From NCBI GenBank assembly GCA_963801355.1, contig CAWDEM010000004.1, forward strand, positions 416,001 through 480,000: a stretch of DNA of 64,000 nucleotides, written 5' to 3'. This document shows, in pieces, positions 53,235 to 63,541 of the stretch. Position 1 is the stretch's first letter; each line of letters opens with the position of its first letter. A model generated the notes under the pieces. That model was not told where the DNA came from and searched no databases. It saw nothing but the letters and a program-made list of their open reading frames with translations. This stretch comes from Ignavibacteriota bacterium (GTDB lineage: Bacteria > Bacteroidota > Ignavibacteria > UBA10030 > UBA6906). The position numbers and the translations under genes were made by a program.

Positions 53235-53288
53235 GCTACTTAGGGAGGGGGCCTGAAAGGCCCCCGACCCACCAACAAAAGGAGACGC

Positions 53289-54239
53289 ATGAAGGCAGAG
53301 ATTCCTATGAACGCATCCGCAAATCGCAGCGCAGTTGTCCCACCTCGTCAAATTGACCACGATGAGGATATTCCGAGGGCGTACTCCGCGAAGGAAATGG
53401 AAGAAGAGTACCGCAAATTTGTGCTCACCGATTTCTCGAAAACCGCCTTTGACCTGCACAGACTATATCCCTCAATCCCGAAGTATCAGGTACATCCCGG
53501 GGAAGTCGTCGTGTTTATTGGTGATACTGGACTTGGAAAGACGGCATTCGTACAGAACCTTGTTGTAAACCTCAAGATGAAGACGCTCTGGCTTTCACTT
53601 GAGAACCATGCGACGCTTCAATACCGGCGTTTCATCCAGATAGCGCACGAGATGAGTGAAGCTGCCGTGCTGGAGTACTACAACCACAACACCAACGCCC
53701 TCTCAAAAGCAGTCTCACATATCACAAGCGTTTTCGTTTCCCCAAAACTGTCGGAGATGAAGCGCCTGATCTCTTGTCATGACCCACGCATTGTGGTCGT
53801 AGACACGCTCGACGGAATTGTGGTTGAGGGGGTGAAGGACCCGGTCGTTCAGGTCGAAAAGTCGATTATCCAGTTGAAGGGACTCGCACAGGAGTTGAAC
53901 GTCATTATCATCGCAATTCACCATATCCCGAAGAGCGCGGCTGTTGACTACCGGGGGAACCACAGGCGACTCACCAAACATTCCGGCAAAGGGTCATCCT
54001 CCGTTGAACAGAAGGCTGACATGGTCATTGCGATCGAGGGCGACGAGGCGAGCGATATCCGGGAGGTACGCTCCGTAAAGGCTCGCGATGAAGGCCCGTT
54101 CACTCAATTCTTCCACTTCAACAAGGAGACGTTTCGCTACACGGCGATCGGTTCTCCTCCACCGCCACCGCCGAAACCACTGAGGCCGACAACTCTCGGA
54201 ATGCGGCTGGTACAACGAAAGGCTATCCATAATGACTGA
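53289..54239 (+). CDS. DnaB/RecA-like helicase domain
   Basis: IGDTGLGKT, WLSLE, IVVVDTL, AIHH, KGSSSVEQKAD, KARD. Confidence 0.8.
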   Translation: MKAEIPMNASANRSAVVPPRQIDHDEDIPRAYSAKEMEEEYRKFVLTDFSKTAFDLHRLYPSIPKYQVHPGEVVVFIGDTGLGKTAFVQNLVVNLKMKTLWLSLENHATLQYRRFIQIAHEMSEAAVLEYYNHNTNALSKAVSHITSVFVSPKLSEMKRLISCHDPRIVVVDTLDGIVVEGVKDPVVQVEKSIIQLKGLAQELNVIIIAIHHIPKSAAVDYRGNHRRLTKHSGKGSSSVEQKADMVIAIEGDEASDIREVRSVKARDEGPFTQFFHFNKETFRYTAIGSPPPPPPKPLRPTTLGMRLVQRKAIHND

Positions 54240-54798
54240 GAACACAACTACCACAGAGAAAGTACCCCTGTTCGAGATGCTTCCCGGTGAAGATCAGCCC
54301 ATTCTTGAGCTGGTCGACACACGCCGTAGCTTCCAGGCTATCGCGTACTACCGCGATCTTGCCGCACAAGCTGCTGCCGACATGAGTACGTTTGTGGCGA
54401 AGCTTGAGGCTGAGCTGGAGGCCACGAAGGAGTTCTACACCAGGAAAGTTCTGGCTGCAGAGGCACGCGCGGAGTTTCACACAAAGAACCTGGGCAACTT
54501 TGCCATGCAACAGGGCAAGACAAAGATTGCCACGCCGCTTGGCACGGTGTTCTTCAAGAGCACAACCAAGCGCACCTGGCCAGAGGACCCGCAAGTCCTG
54601 ATAGACTTTGCCAAGGCTGAAGGCGTTGCCGACCGGCTCATAAAGATCACAGAGACGCCCAACAAACCCGCCATCCTGAAGTACATCAAGGCTACTGGCT
54701 CCGTGCCGGTCGGCTTCACAGAAGAAACAACTGAGCCTGTGGCATGCGTCATTCTCCGTGGTCAACCCCAGGACGAGGTTGAGCAGGAGGTTGCGTGA
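54232..54798 (+). CDS. Mu Gam-like host-nuclease inhibitor
   Basis: N-terminal coiled coil, KTKIATPLGTVFFK, IKITETPNKPAILKYIK. Confidence 0.7.
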   Translation: MTENTTTTEKVPLFEMLPGEDQPILELVDTRRSFQAIAYYRDLAAQAAADMSTFVAKLEAELEATKEFYTRKVLAAEARAEFHTKNLGNFAMQQGKTKIATPLGTVFFKSTTKRTWPEDPQVLIDFAKAEGVADRLIKITETPNKPAILKYIKATGSVPVGFTEETTEPVACVILRGQPQDEVEQEVA

Positions 54799-55042
54799 AC
54801 AACCGGAAGGGTATGTTTGTTGACTTCGCGGTGGTACGTGAACAACGGTGTGCGGGCAGTGAGTGTCACACTGCTTCGTCTATTTCAGCTCACACTCACT
54901 TTCAACGAGAACCAGGGGACGCATGTCACGGTGGGGATTGGCGTGACACGTCTTGAGTTTTCGCTGGGAGTAGGAGTGTGGAAACGATGGTTACGATGAT
55001 GTGTTGGCAGACGAACGGAGTGTGGATGATGATCGTGAAGTC

Positions 55043-55073
55043 GAGAAGGCTCGGGTTACCGAGCCTTCTCTTT
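55043..55073. terminator. Intrinsic terminator closing the phage block
   Basis: GAGAAGGCTCGG-GTTA-CCGAGCCTTCTC-TTT. Confidence 0.75.
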
Positions 55074-55094
55074 ACCCACTACCTACGATGGTGG

Positions 55095-57128
55095 TCACCT
55101 CACTAAAAGAAGCCCCTTCGTCGCCACGAAATCTCCTGCTTGCATCCTGTAGAAGTACACGCCACTCGACAGACCAGAACCGTCAAACCTGACCTCATGG
55201 ACTCCCGCATCCTTCTTCTCATTCACCAACACAGACACCTCACGACCGAGCAAGTCGTACACACTCAACTTGACTTCCGATGATTTGGGCAACTCGTACT
55301 TGATGGTCGTACTCGGGTTGAAGGGGTTGGGGTAATTCTGCGCAAGATCGTATACCCCCGTGATCTGTCCACTTCTTTCGCTGACAGAGGTCATCTCTGA
55401 AAATGGCCGTCTCCAGACCCCCGCCCGTTGGTGCCGGCGAAGAGATTCGGGCAGCAGACGGCAAGGGCGCGGACATGCGGAGTTTGCAAGCCGGTATTCA
55501 CTGATGTCCATCTTGTGCCGTTGTTGGTCGAAAGAAAGACGCCGCCGGCCCGCCCAGCAAAGAGATTTGTGCCGCTAACGGCAAAGCTCTGACGTCGGGG
55601 TATGTCAAGCCGTTATTCACTGCTGTCCAGCTTGTGCCGTTGTTTGTGGATAGAAAGACGCCGATAGGAGTCCCAGCAAAGATATTCACGCTGGAGACGG
55701 CAAGGGCAAAGACATATATCAGCGAAGCCGGCATTCCAATCAGTCCAGCTTGTGCCGTTATTCGTAGAGTGAAAGACGCCCCAGTATGTTCCAGCAAAGA
55801 GATTTGTGTCGCTAACGGCAAGGGACCACACTTCAGGATTCAAGAAACCCGTTCCATTCCAGATTGTGCCGTTATCGGTCGAAATAAAGACACCCGCGCG
55901 GATGGGTTCCAGCAAACAGATTTGTGCCGCTGACGGCAAGGGCGCTGACAAATCGCTTAGGCAACCCGGCACTCGCCGCCGTCCAGCGTGTACCGTTGTC
56001 GGTAGAGAGAAAGACGCCGCCCTCCGTCCCGGCAAAGAGATCCTGCCGCTGACGGCAAAGGCGATGTAGGATGAGTTTGTCAAGCCGTTATTGACCGCCG
56101 TCCAGGTTGTACCGTTGTCGGTTGAAAGAAAGACACCGCCCCTAAGTCCCAGCAAAGAGATTCCCATCGGAGACGGCAAGGGCATTGACACTTACTCCAC
56201 GACAATCCCGAATTTACCTCATTCCAGTTTGTCCCGTTGTTGGTCGAGAGAAAAGCGCCCGCATCATCAGTTCCGGCAAAGAGATTCGAGCCCGAGAAGG
56301 CAAGGGCACGGACCATATTGCTCGGGACTCCGGAATTGATCGCATTCCAATTCTTCCCGCTGTTGGTGGAGAGAAAGACACCGCCACCAAAAGTGCCAGC
56401 AAAGAGATTTGTGCCCGAGAAGGCAAAAGCTCGCACCCAGGTGTTCGTCAAGCCGGCATTCACTGCTGTCCAGCTTGCGCCATAGTTAGTTGAGAGAAAC
56501 ACACCGCCATAAGTCCCGGCAAAGAGATCCGTGCCCGAGACCGCTAAGGCAAAGACATACGTGCTCGTCAAGCCGTTATTCACTGCTGTCCAGCTTGTGC
56601 CGTTGTTAGTCGAGAGAAAGACGCCGCCACTAGTCCCCGCAAAGAGATTCGTGCCCGAAACAGCAAAAGCTTCGACAGTAGTGTCCGCAAAGCCAGCAGC
56701 TGTCCAGCTTGTGCCGTTGTTGGTCGAACGAAAGACACCACCATAAGTCCCGGCAAAGAGATCCGTGCCCGAGACGGCAAACGCAAAGACAAAGGGTTCG
56801 TAAGCCGCGAGTTGACTGCGCTCCAGCTGGTGCCGTTGTTGGTGGAAATTCCGACGCCACCCTCAGTCCCGGCAAAGAGATTCGTGCCCGAGATGGCAAG
56901 GGTATGGACAATTCTATCCGGCAATCCGGTGTTGACCGCCGTCCAGCTTGTACCGTTGTTGGTAGAAAGAAAGACGCCGCCCTCAGTCCCAGCAAAAAGA
57001 TTCATGTCCGAGACGGCAAAACTCGAGACGGAACCGCCATTGGGTCCGCTAGTGTGAACCCACTGAGCGGACGCAAGAGGACAAAGCAGGACGATGGCGA
57101 GCGCGAGACGGACAGGTTGAGTTCTTAT
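55095..57128 (-). pseudogene. BNR/beta-propeller repeat protein with T9SS C-terminal domain, disrupted
   Basis: ~39-aa repeats LFAGT.GGVFLSTNNGTSWTAVN.GL; ATA at the expected start; many frameshifts; QNYPNPFNP end. Confidence 0.85.
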
Positions 57129-57390
57129 CTTGTGCTTCCTTCAATGCAATCGCTGCAAGAAATTACTGACTTGATGTAAAACTCGGCGTGTCTTCGGGCA
57201 GAACGGAACACTCGGCGACGCATCGACTCCTTCATCCTAGCACTCAACACAGCGTGAGTCGGCGGATGAACCCGTTTGGGGAAACCGCAGTAGAGATGGA
57301 ACTGGAGGCGCGTAGAAAGGCTTTGGACTTGCGCCCTCAGGCCTCATACGGCAACCACCCCGTCCACCGCATGGAGACCTATGTAGCTCG

Positions 57391-57483
57391 AATATATCAC
57401 CCCCCACCAGAATAGTCAACTCCTGAAAGTCTGATTCTCTTGTAGGACTTCAGGAAGTTCGTGTAGGACAATTCCTACACGAA
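57391..57483 (-). promoter_or_regulatory. sigma70 promoter with upstream palindromic operator
   Basis: TTGACT-17 nt-TATATT; TTCGTGTAGGA-CAAT-TCCTACACGAA at 57458-57483. Confidence 0.6.
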
Positions 57484-57714
57484 ACGAAAGTGGACAGAAA
57501 TGCCAGAATCGGGTACAGTCCGACGAGGAGAGGGAATGCCGCGCCGCGGTGACCAAGCGACTCAACGGCGTCAGGCCCAACGGCAATTGCCCGCAGCATG
57601 CGTCGGTTCAGTTAGAACCACCATAGTTGACCGTCGCCCTTACCGAAGGAGAAGACGCTGAAGTGTCCTCCCGAGTCCAGACACCATACAGGAATCGATT
57701 CTATTCGAAGAATA

Positions 57715-57836
57715 CCCCAACTCACGGTCGAATTTCTCGTGCATCGCCTGTGGACCCATGTGCCACACACCCTCGAAGGAGATCCCTCCGAAAACCCCTA
57801 CTCACGTGCCCATTGCTCGCAAAAGACCGGATCCTG
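57715..57836 (+). repeat. ~120-bp diverged direct repeat (copy at 60293-60412)
   Basis: CCCCAACTCACGGTCG(A/G)ATTTCTCG...CCCATGT...GGAGATCC...ACTCA...ATCCTG. Confidence 0.75.
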
Positions 57837-57852
57837 GCGAGAGGGTTGACAC

Positions 57853-59949
57853 TTACCGGAGAAGCAAGACCTTGCGCGTCTGGACGAAGTCGCCTGCCTG
57901 AATGCGGTAGTAATACACGCCGCTTGATAGGCCGCTGCCGCCAAACTGCACTTCATGATACCCCGCTTCCATCTCGCCGTTGACAAGCACCGCCACTTGC
58001 TGCCCGAGGGTGTTGAAGACTGTCAACGTCACATGTGAACGATTGGGCAGGCCGTAGCGGATAGTCGTCAAGGGGTTGAAGGGGTTGGGGTAGTTCTGTG
58101 CAAGAGTGAAATATGGTTGAAGGATCGTCAAGCGGTCTTCAATCCCTGTGAGCATTTCCGAAAGCGGTCGACTCCATACGCTGGATCCGTCGGTTGCGGC
58201 AAAAAGACTGCCACCCGAGACTGCAAGAGCGTTGATGGGAACATTCGGTAAACCGCTATTGACGGCAGTCCAACTGGTACCATCGTTTGTGGAGAGAAAC
58301 ACTCCTCCGCCGCCAGTTCCGGCGAAGATATTAGTGCCACTGACCGCAAATCCTCTGATTTCGTAGCCTGCTAGGCCGGAATCGGTTTTCGACCAACTCA
58401 TGCCCTTGTCAGTGGACTTATAAATGTCGTCCCAATAGATCTCCATACCTTCCAGAAAAATCTTCACCGCGACAAAGAGGTTTCCGCCGCAAGATGCGAA
58501 GGCATTAGCTACCGGATCCTTAATCCCAGCATACGCTGCTGTCCACACTAAGCCGTCGTTGGTGCTGCGAAAGATACCTTTGCGTGTGCCAGCAAGCAGC
58601 ATATTATCAAAGTCCGCAAGAGCCTGGATATCGGAATTGGCCAGACCTGAATCAGCAAGGACCCAGTTTGTGCCAAAGTTGCTCGACCGAAAGACCCCAT
58701 GAGGAGTCCCAGCAAAGAGATTCGTATCAAACACCACCAAGGATCGGACACTGGTATCTGTCAATCCGCTATTCACAGGAATCCATTGAGACCCGTAGTT
58801 CGTTGATAGGAAGACGCCGCCGCTCGGTGATCCAACAAACATGTGTGAACCTTGCAGAACAAGAGCACGGATGTTTGTATTGGTCAAACCAGAATTTCTC
58901 GCGTCCCAAGTATTCCCGTTATCAGAAGTAAGAAACGGACCTCTGAGCCATGTCCCTGCGTAGAGGTTATCCCCACTAACCGTGAGCGTATTGACGTACG
59001 CGTTCCTGAGACCAGAATCGGCCGCTGTCCAACTTGCTCCACTATTGCTCGAGAAGAAGAATCCGGAAGCATCTCCTGCAAACACATTGCCCCCGCTCAC
59101 CGCAAGAGCCTGAATGGAGTAGCCCGATAGACCAGTACTGATGGCAGTCCAACTGATGCCGCGGTTGGTGGAGCGGTATATACCCGAGGGCGTGCCCGCA
59201 AACAGGATGGTGTCATTAGCGACAAGACGATACACAACCGATTCAGTCAAACCAAAATTGACAGCGCTCCAATTGGTGCCGTTATCTGAAGATACAAAGA
59301 CCCCACGGGCAGTTCCCGCAAACAGCATGGAGTCAATCGCGGCAAAGCTGTGCACACCCGTGTAGGGGGAGTTCATGGCAGCCCAGCTGATCTCGGTCTT
59401 GGAGGAGCGATAGATTCCAAGGTCTCCACCAGCGAAGAAGTAGGAGTCACTGACGGCGAGTGAAAAGACATAGTTTAGGTAGAGTCCGTTGTTGGCTGCC
59501 GACCAGGTACCACCATTATCTGTGGAAAGAAACACACCATCATTCGTACCAGCGAGGAGAGTATCGGCGTTCGTGGCGAGTACATTGATACGGAGGTCGC
59601 TCACGGGGGAACTCACAGCATTCCATGTGTCGCCATTGTCCGACGACCGAAAGACACCGCTGCCATAGGTAGAGGCAAACAAGGAAGAGTGCGAGGGGGG
59701 TGTTTTGATAACCGCAAAATCTGTGACGAGAGGAATTCCGGTGTTGGTATATGCCCAGTGGGAGCCTTTGTCTCTTGACCGAAACACACCACTACGAGTA
59801 CCGATGAAGATGTTGGAATCAGCAATGCCGATAGAGCTGATGTTGGCCCCATTTGGCCCACTCGTTTGCCGCCATTGCGCGAAGGAGTTGATAGATAGGA
59901 GCAATTGTGCTCCACAAGAGAAGACTGATACGAAAGGGGCGAATCTCAT
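57853..59949 (-). CDS. BNR/beta-propeller repeat protein with T9SS C-terminal domain
   Basis: Signal peptide, AQW, repeated S.D.G.TW motifs, QNYPNPFNP; GGAGG RBS. Confidence 0.9.
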   Translation of the reverse strand: MRFAPFVSVFSCGAQLLLSINSFAQWRQTSGPNGANISSIGIADSNIFIGTRSGVFRSRDKGSHWAYTNTGIPLVTDFAVIKTPPSHSSLFASTYGSGVFRSSDNGDTWNAVSSPVSDLRINVLATNADTLLAGTNDGVFLSTDNGGTWSAANNGLYLNYVFSLAVSDSYFFAGGDLGIYRSSKTEISWAAMNSPYTGVHSFAAIDSMLFAGTARGVFVSSDNGTNWSAVNFGLTESVVYRLVANDTILFAGTPSGIYRSTNRGISWTAISTGLSGYSIQALAVSGGNVFAGDASGFFFSSNSGASWTAADSGLRNAYVNTLTVSGDNLYAGTWLRGPFLTSDNGNTWDARNSGLTNTNIRALVLQGSHMFVGSPSGGVFLSTNYGSQWIPVNSGLTDTSVRSLVVFDTNLFAGTPHGVFRSSNFGTNWVLADSGLANSDIQALADFDNMLLAGTRKGIFRSTNDGLVWTAAYAGIKDPVANAFASCGGNLFVAVKIFLEGMEIYWDDIYKSTDKGMSWSKTDSGLAGYEIRGFAVSGTNIFAGTGGGGVFLSTNDGTSWTAVNSGLPNVPINALAVSGGSLFAATDGSSVWSRPLSEMLTGIEDRLTILQPYFTLAQNYPNPFNPLTTIRYGLPNRSHVTLTVFNTLGQQVAVLVNGEMEAGYHEVQFGGSGLSSGVYYYRIQAGDFVQTRKVLLLR

Positions 59950-60147
59950 GGAAACCTCCAACAGCTTTTGTGTTTCCCGAGACTTCCGACAGTTAGGCTA
60001 TGTTGTTAACTGTTCTACGGTGCAGGGTGTGACCAGACCTCTGAGTTGGCGCCAAGGTCAAGTCCATTTTTGTCTTGCCTCAGGCATGGCGACATGTCGT
60101 AGGATGAATGTTCCCGATGCCGACGGTCTTTATCCTATGAATGGAAA

Positions 60148-60250
60148 AGCCTCCCCATCCATCGGACGAAGAGGCCGAATCTGCACAATTCCTTGTTTCC
60201 CTCTCCCCCGAGTTCTGCTATATGGTACACCGGGATTTCGGGATTGTCAA
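60148..60250 (-). promoter_or_regulatory. Promoter plus conserved leader hairpin (copy 2)
   Basis: TTGACA-17 nt-TACCAT; same 29-bp hairpin, followed by a T-run. Confidence 0.7.
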
Positions 60251-60801
60251 ATGCAAGAACGGACAACTACCCGATCGGTCGGCATACTTTTGCCCCAACT
60301 CACGGTCGGATTTCTCGCACATCTCGTAGGCCCCATGTCGTAGGCTCCCAGACGGAGATCCTCCCAGAAATGCCCACTCAAGTTGCGTCTTGTTGGTGCA
60401 GAACGAATCCTGAGGGTCCCGTTCGATTGTCATTTTGAACCCTCCAGAATGCACGGCAATGATTCCGGCAAATCTGGATCGTTCTCAGTACAACGATCAG
60501 TTTTTATGCACGGTAAGCGGCACGCATGCGTCATGCCGCCCACTATCGCGCGCGCCGGAGAGAACACGATGGTTGTGTTGTGGCACCTGACCTATGTCAA
60601 GAAGTTGCCACGGGCATCCTCGGATGAATACTGTGCATAAACAGGGCAGGGTTGGATCTCGCCGCTTTGCGCTGGCGAATAGCTGGACAGAGAAACACCA
60701 CTGTGCCCAGATTGTGCCCGGCCTGTGAAACTCGATACACTTCATGTAATTCAAACCGGCAAAACTGCCCCTCATTCGCCAGGTGGCCCCAAAATAGTAA
60801 T

Positions 60802-60851
60802 GTTTGGGACCAAGAAGTCGCAGGTTCAAATCCTGTCGCCCCGACGAAAAA
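60802..60851 (+). repeat. attR core (3' half of tRNA-Pro)
   Basis: Identical to 26753-26802. Confidence 0.95.
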
Positions 60852-60936
60852 CCCCACTTTTTCCTCTGGCTTTCCAGGTGGTAGCAGAGTGGTAGCAGCA
60901 GCGACCCTCTGAACGCGACCATCTGGGGAGCCTTCG

Positions 60937-61980
60937 ATGTCTTCCCTCTGTAAACGCAATGGCGTCTTCTACTACTGGTATCGTGGTGAGGACGGCAGAC
61001 GCAAGAAAATCTCCACTCACACTTCCACTAAATCCCAGGCGCTGGAATTTATCAGGCGGATGCATGAACGGCCTGTCCAGCAGACCAGAAGCCTCGGCAG
61101 CTTCATACCAGAGTTCCTGGAATACGCCGATGCGACATTTGCTCCTGGCTGGGGGAAGGTGTACCATCTGGCCCTGGCCCATCTTCTTGACCTCTGTGGG
61201 AACATACCGCTGAGTTGCATAACGCCCAGACATGCCGACCAGTACAAGCTCAAAAGGTTAAAGAGTGTCTGCAACGCAACGGTCAACCACGAGCTTGAAG
61301 CTCTGCGTGCAGCTTTCTATACCGCCCTACGGTGGGAAATGCTCCAACGGAATCCTTTCGCCAGGGTGAAAAAGCTCGTCGTTCCTGACCGCAAAGTGGA
61401 GTTCTTTTCCCCCGAGGAGTTTCAGGCGTTTCTTGCCGCCGTGCGTGAACAATGGTTCAAGGACATGCTGGTGTTTACCCTGCACACGGGGTTGCGTCGT
61501 TCAGAGGTGGTAAACGTGAAATGGGAGAATGTTGATCTTGACAGGCGCACCATCCTGGTTGTCAGTGATGAAACGTTCAAGACCAAGACGCGACGCTTGA
61601 GAGTTCTGCCAATGTCGCGCGATGTGGAAGAGCTTATCCGACGCCAGCCAAGGACGTGTCCGTACCTTTTTAGCTACCAGGACCGACAGATCAAGGCGTG
61701 GCATATCACGTTGAAGTTCAAACGGATTCGCGACAGAGCAGGATTGCGTACAGCTCTGAACGTTCAATTGCTCAGGCATACCTATGCATCATGGATGGTG
61801 ATGAAGGGAGTTTCCATATACCATGTATCGAAGCTCTTGGGCCACACTACCGTGACTACAACACAGCGCCACTACGCGAGCCTGGAGACGAGCGAGATGC
61901 ATGATGTAGTCAATAGAGTGTTTTCCAGTATTACAGACGCAGCAGGTGCCCCGCACAACACTAAACATCAACAAGCATGA
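60937..61980 (+). CDS. Tyrosine recombinase/integrase
   Basis: TGLRRSE, KTK, QLLRHTYAS, LLGH, HY. Confidence 0.92.
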   Translation: MSSLCKRNGVFYYWYRGEDGRRKKISTHTSTKSQALEFIRRMHERPVQQTRSLGSFIPEFLEYADATFAPGWGKVYHLALAHLLDLCGNIPLSCITPRHADQYKLKRLKSVCNATVNHELEALRAAFYTALRWEMLQRNPFARVKKLVVPDRKVEFFSPEEFQAFLAAVREQWFKDMLVFTLHTGLRRSEVVNVKWENVDLDRRTILVVSDETFKTKTRRLRVLPMSRDVEELIRRQPRTCPYLFSYQDRQIKAWHITLKFKRIRDRAGLRTALNVQLLRHTYASWMVMKGVSIYHVSKLLGHTTVTTTQRHYASLETSEMHDVVNRVFSSITDAAGAPHNTKHQQA

Positions 61981-62159
61981 ACGTCTGATCCGACGGATGG
62001 ATTGCGGGTGCTTGGGGATCAAATCCTCATGCCTGATGGCGTGTGGACAGAGGGAGCTTCACTTGACTGCCACCGAGGAGTGGCATATCTTGGTGCAATA
62101 GAGGTGCTCTCTCATAGGAATTAACCCTCAGAACCGAAACGGTATTGTCCTTTTAGGAC

Positions 62160-63167
62160 GTGACACCAACGGCACCAATGCTCCACAACCTGATCACTTT
62201 ACACGACCTTGCAGCGTTCTGGTCACTTGCGAGGCGTAAGGGTACCGCTGCAACGGTGCGCAAACTCATGGGTGACAAGGCAGAGCGCACACGGGATGCT
62301 TGGCAACAAACAGGAGGACCAGTTCGTCACTGGTGGGATATCCCCCACATACAACACCACATCAATCGTATGATTACAGGCGACTCGAACAGTGAATTCT
62401 GTGACTACGTCGCATCCACATACATGACCCAACGCAATGATGTTGCGGCACTGTCACTTGGGTGCGGGACGGGTAACAAAGAGCTCGCATGGTATAGAAG
62501 TGGCAGGATCTCAACCCTCGATGCCTACGACATCTCCAAAGAACGCATTGATGTAGCCTCCGAACGAGCACGAGGGCTTGGTGTTCAAGAGAAAGTCAGA
62601 TTTTACGTGGGCGACGCGTTCGCACTTCAGATTCCACAAGGACGCTACGACCTCATTATCTTTGAGGATTCACTGCATCATCTCTCGCCAGTCAAATCAA
62701 TTCTCAGAAACGTTGATGGGTGGCTCAGCGAGAACGGCTTACTCGTTCTGAAAGAATTCGTTGGTCCTGCCCGATTTCAGTGGACGGACCATCAGCTTCA
62801 GCTTGTCAAATCCCTGCTTTCTATTTTCCCGCCACGTTATCGTAAACGTTGGCCCGACGGCAAACTGAAAACGAGGGAGTACAGACCAGGACGCCTGAGC
62901 ATCGCTCTGCATGACCCGTCAGAAGCCGCTGAGTCATCGATCATTCCTGCGATGCTCCGATTAAAGTTCGATATTGTGGAAGAACGACCATTCGGCGGGA
63001 CCATTCTGCATCTGCTGTTCAAGGATATTGCGCACAACTTCCTTCAAGACGATCCTGAAGCACTCTCTTTCCTTAAGTTCTGTTGTGAGATTGAAGAGAC
63101 CCTCCTGAGATACAAGGAACTCGAGAGCGATTTCGGTGCTTTTGTCTGTCGCAAGAAGAAGCAATGA
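62160..63167 (+). CDS. Class I SAM-dependent methyltransferase
   Basis: LSLGCGTG, YDIS, GDA, YDLI, SLHH, EFVGP; TTGACT-17 nt-TATCTT promoter at 62063-62091. Confidence 0.85.
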   Translation: MTPTAPMLHNLITLHDLAAFWSLARRKGTAATVRKLMGDKAERTRDAWQQTGGPVRHWWDIPHIQHHINRMITGDSNSEFCDYVASTYMTQRNDVAALSLGCGTGNKELAWYRSGRISTLDAYDISKERIDVASERARGLGVQEKVRFYVGDAFALQIPQGRYDLIIFEDSLHHLSPVKSILRNVDGWLSENGLLVLKEFVGPARFQWTDHQLQLVKSLLSIFPPRYRKRWPDGKLKTREYRPGRLSIALHDPSEAAESSIIPAMLRLKFDIVEERPFGGTILHLLFKDIAHNFLQDDPEALSFLKFCCEIEETLLRYKELESDFGAFVCRKKKQ

Positions 63168-63541
63168 TTTGGGAGGCCCAGATGGTGGACTCTCCCTGTG
63201 TCTACTGCCGTTTTCGATGTGCCATTCAGAACCTCTAAGGCTCTTCAACCCTCGCATTCTGTTTTAAGTCCAGCGCTTCTTCACATTCCGCCACTTTCAC
63301 AGTGTGTTTGGCCGACTTTGGGCGAAACCGTGTTTGTTCCGAAGGTACAGATCGTTCTTTTTGAACTTGCCATGACAAAGTGACATATTGTTCTTCGATT
63401 GAACTCTGCAACAGACTGGACCACAGGCGCCTGGGAAAAAACCTCCACCCGTGCCGTGAGGCACTGGTGGAGATGATGTCGGCAGCAGGAAATGGGGCGG
63501 GGACAGCGAAGAGGAATGGCGGGCAGCGGATACACTTTGTG

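Larger units (their letters stand above)
26753..60851. mobile_element. ~34 kb integrative element / genomic island in tRNA-Pro
   Basis: att direct repeats, adjacent tyrosine integrase and excisionase-like HTH, matching arm-type repeats at both ends, phage and defence cargo. Confidence 0.92.

Noticed and set aside
55500-59800. Regular ~117-bp repeats as a CRISPR array or DGR template
   Set aside because: They are coding beta-propeller blades with codon-position variation; no unique spacers, cas genes or reverse transcriptase seen.
59955-60000. GCCTAAC...GTTGGAG upstream of propeller 2 as an attC site
   Set aside because: It has R-box-like ends but no convincing internal hairpin.
60802-60851. 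A second tRNA-Pro gene
   Set aside because: Only the 3' half is present; there is no 5' acceptor strand or D arm.
60497-61233. Minus-strand ORFs containing SGRQDLNLRLLGPK or RRGDRI (also 26466-26974)
   Set aside because: They are antisense translations of the tRNA/att sequence, not proteins.
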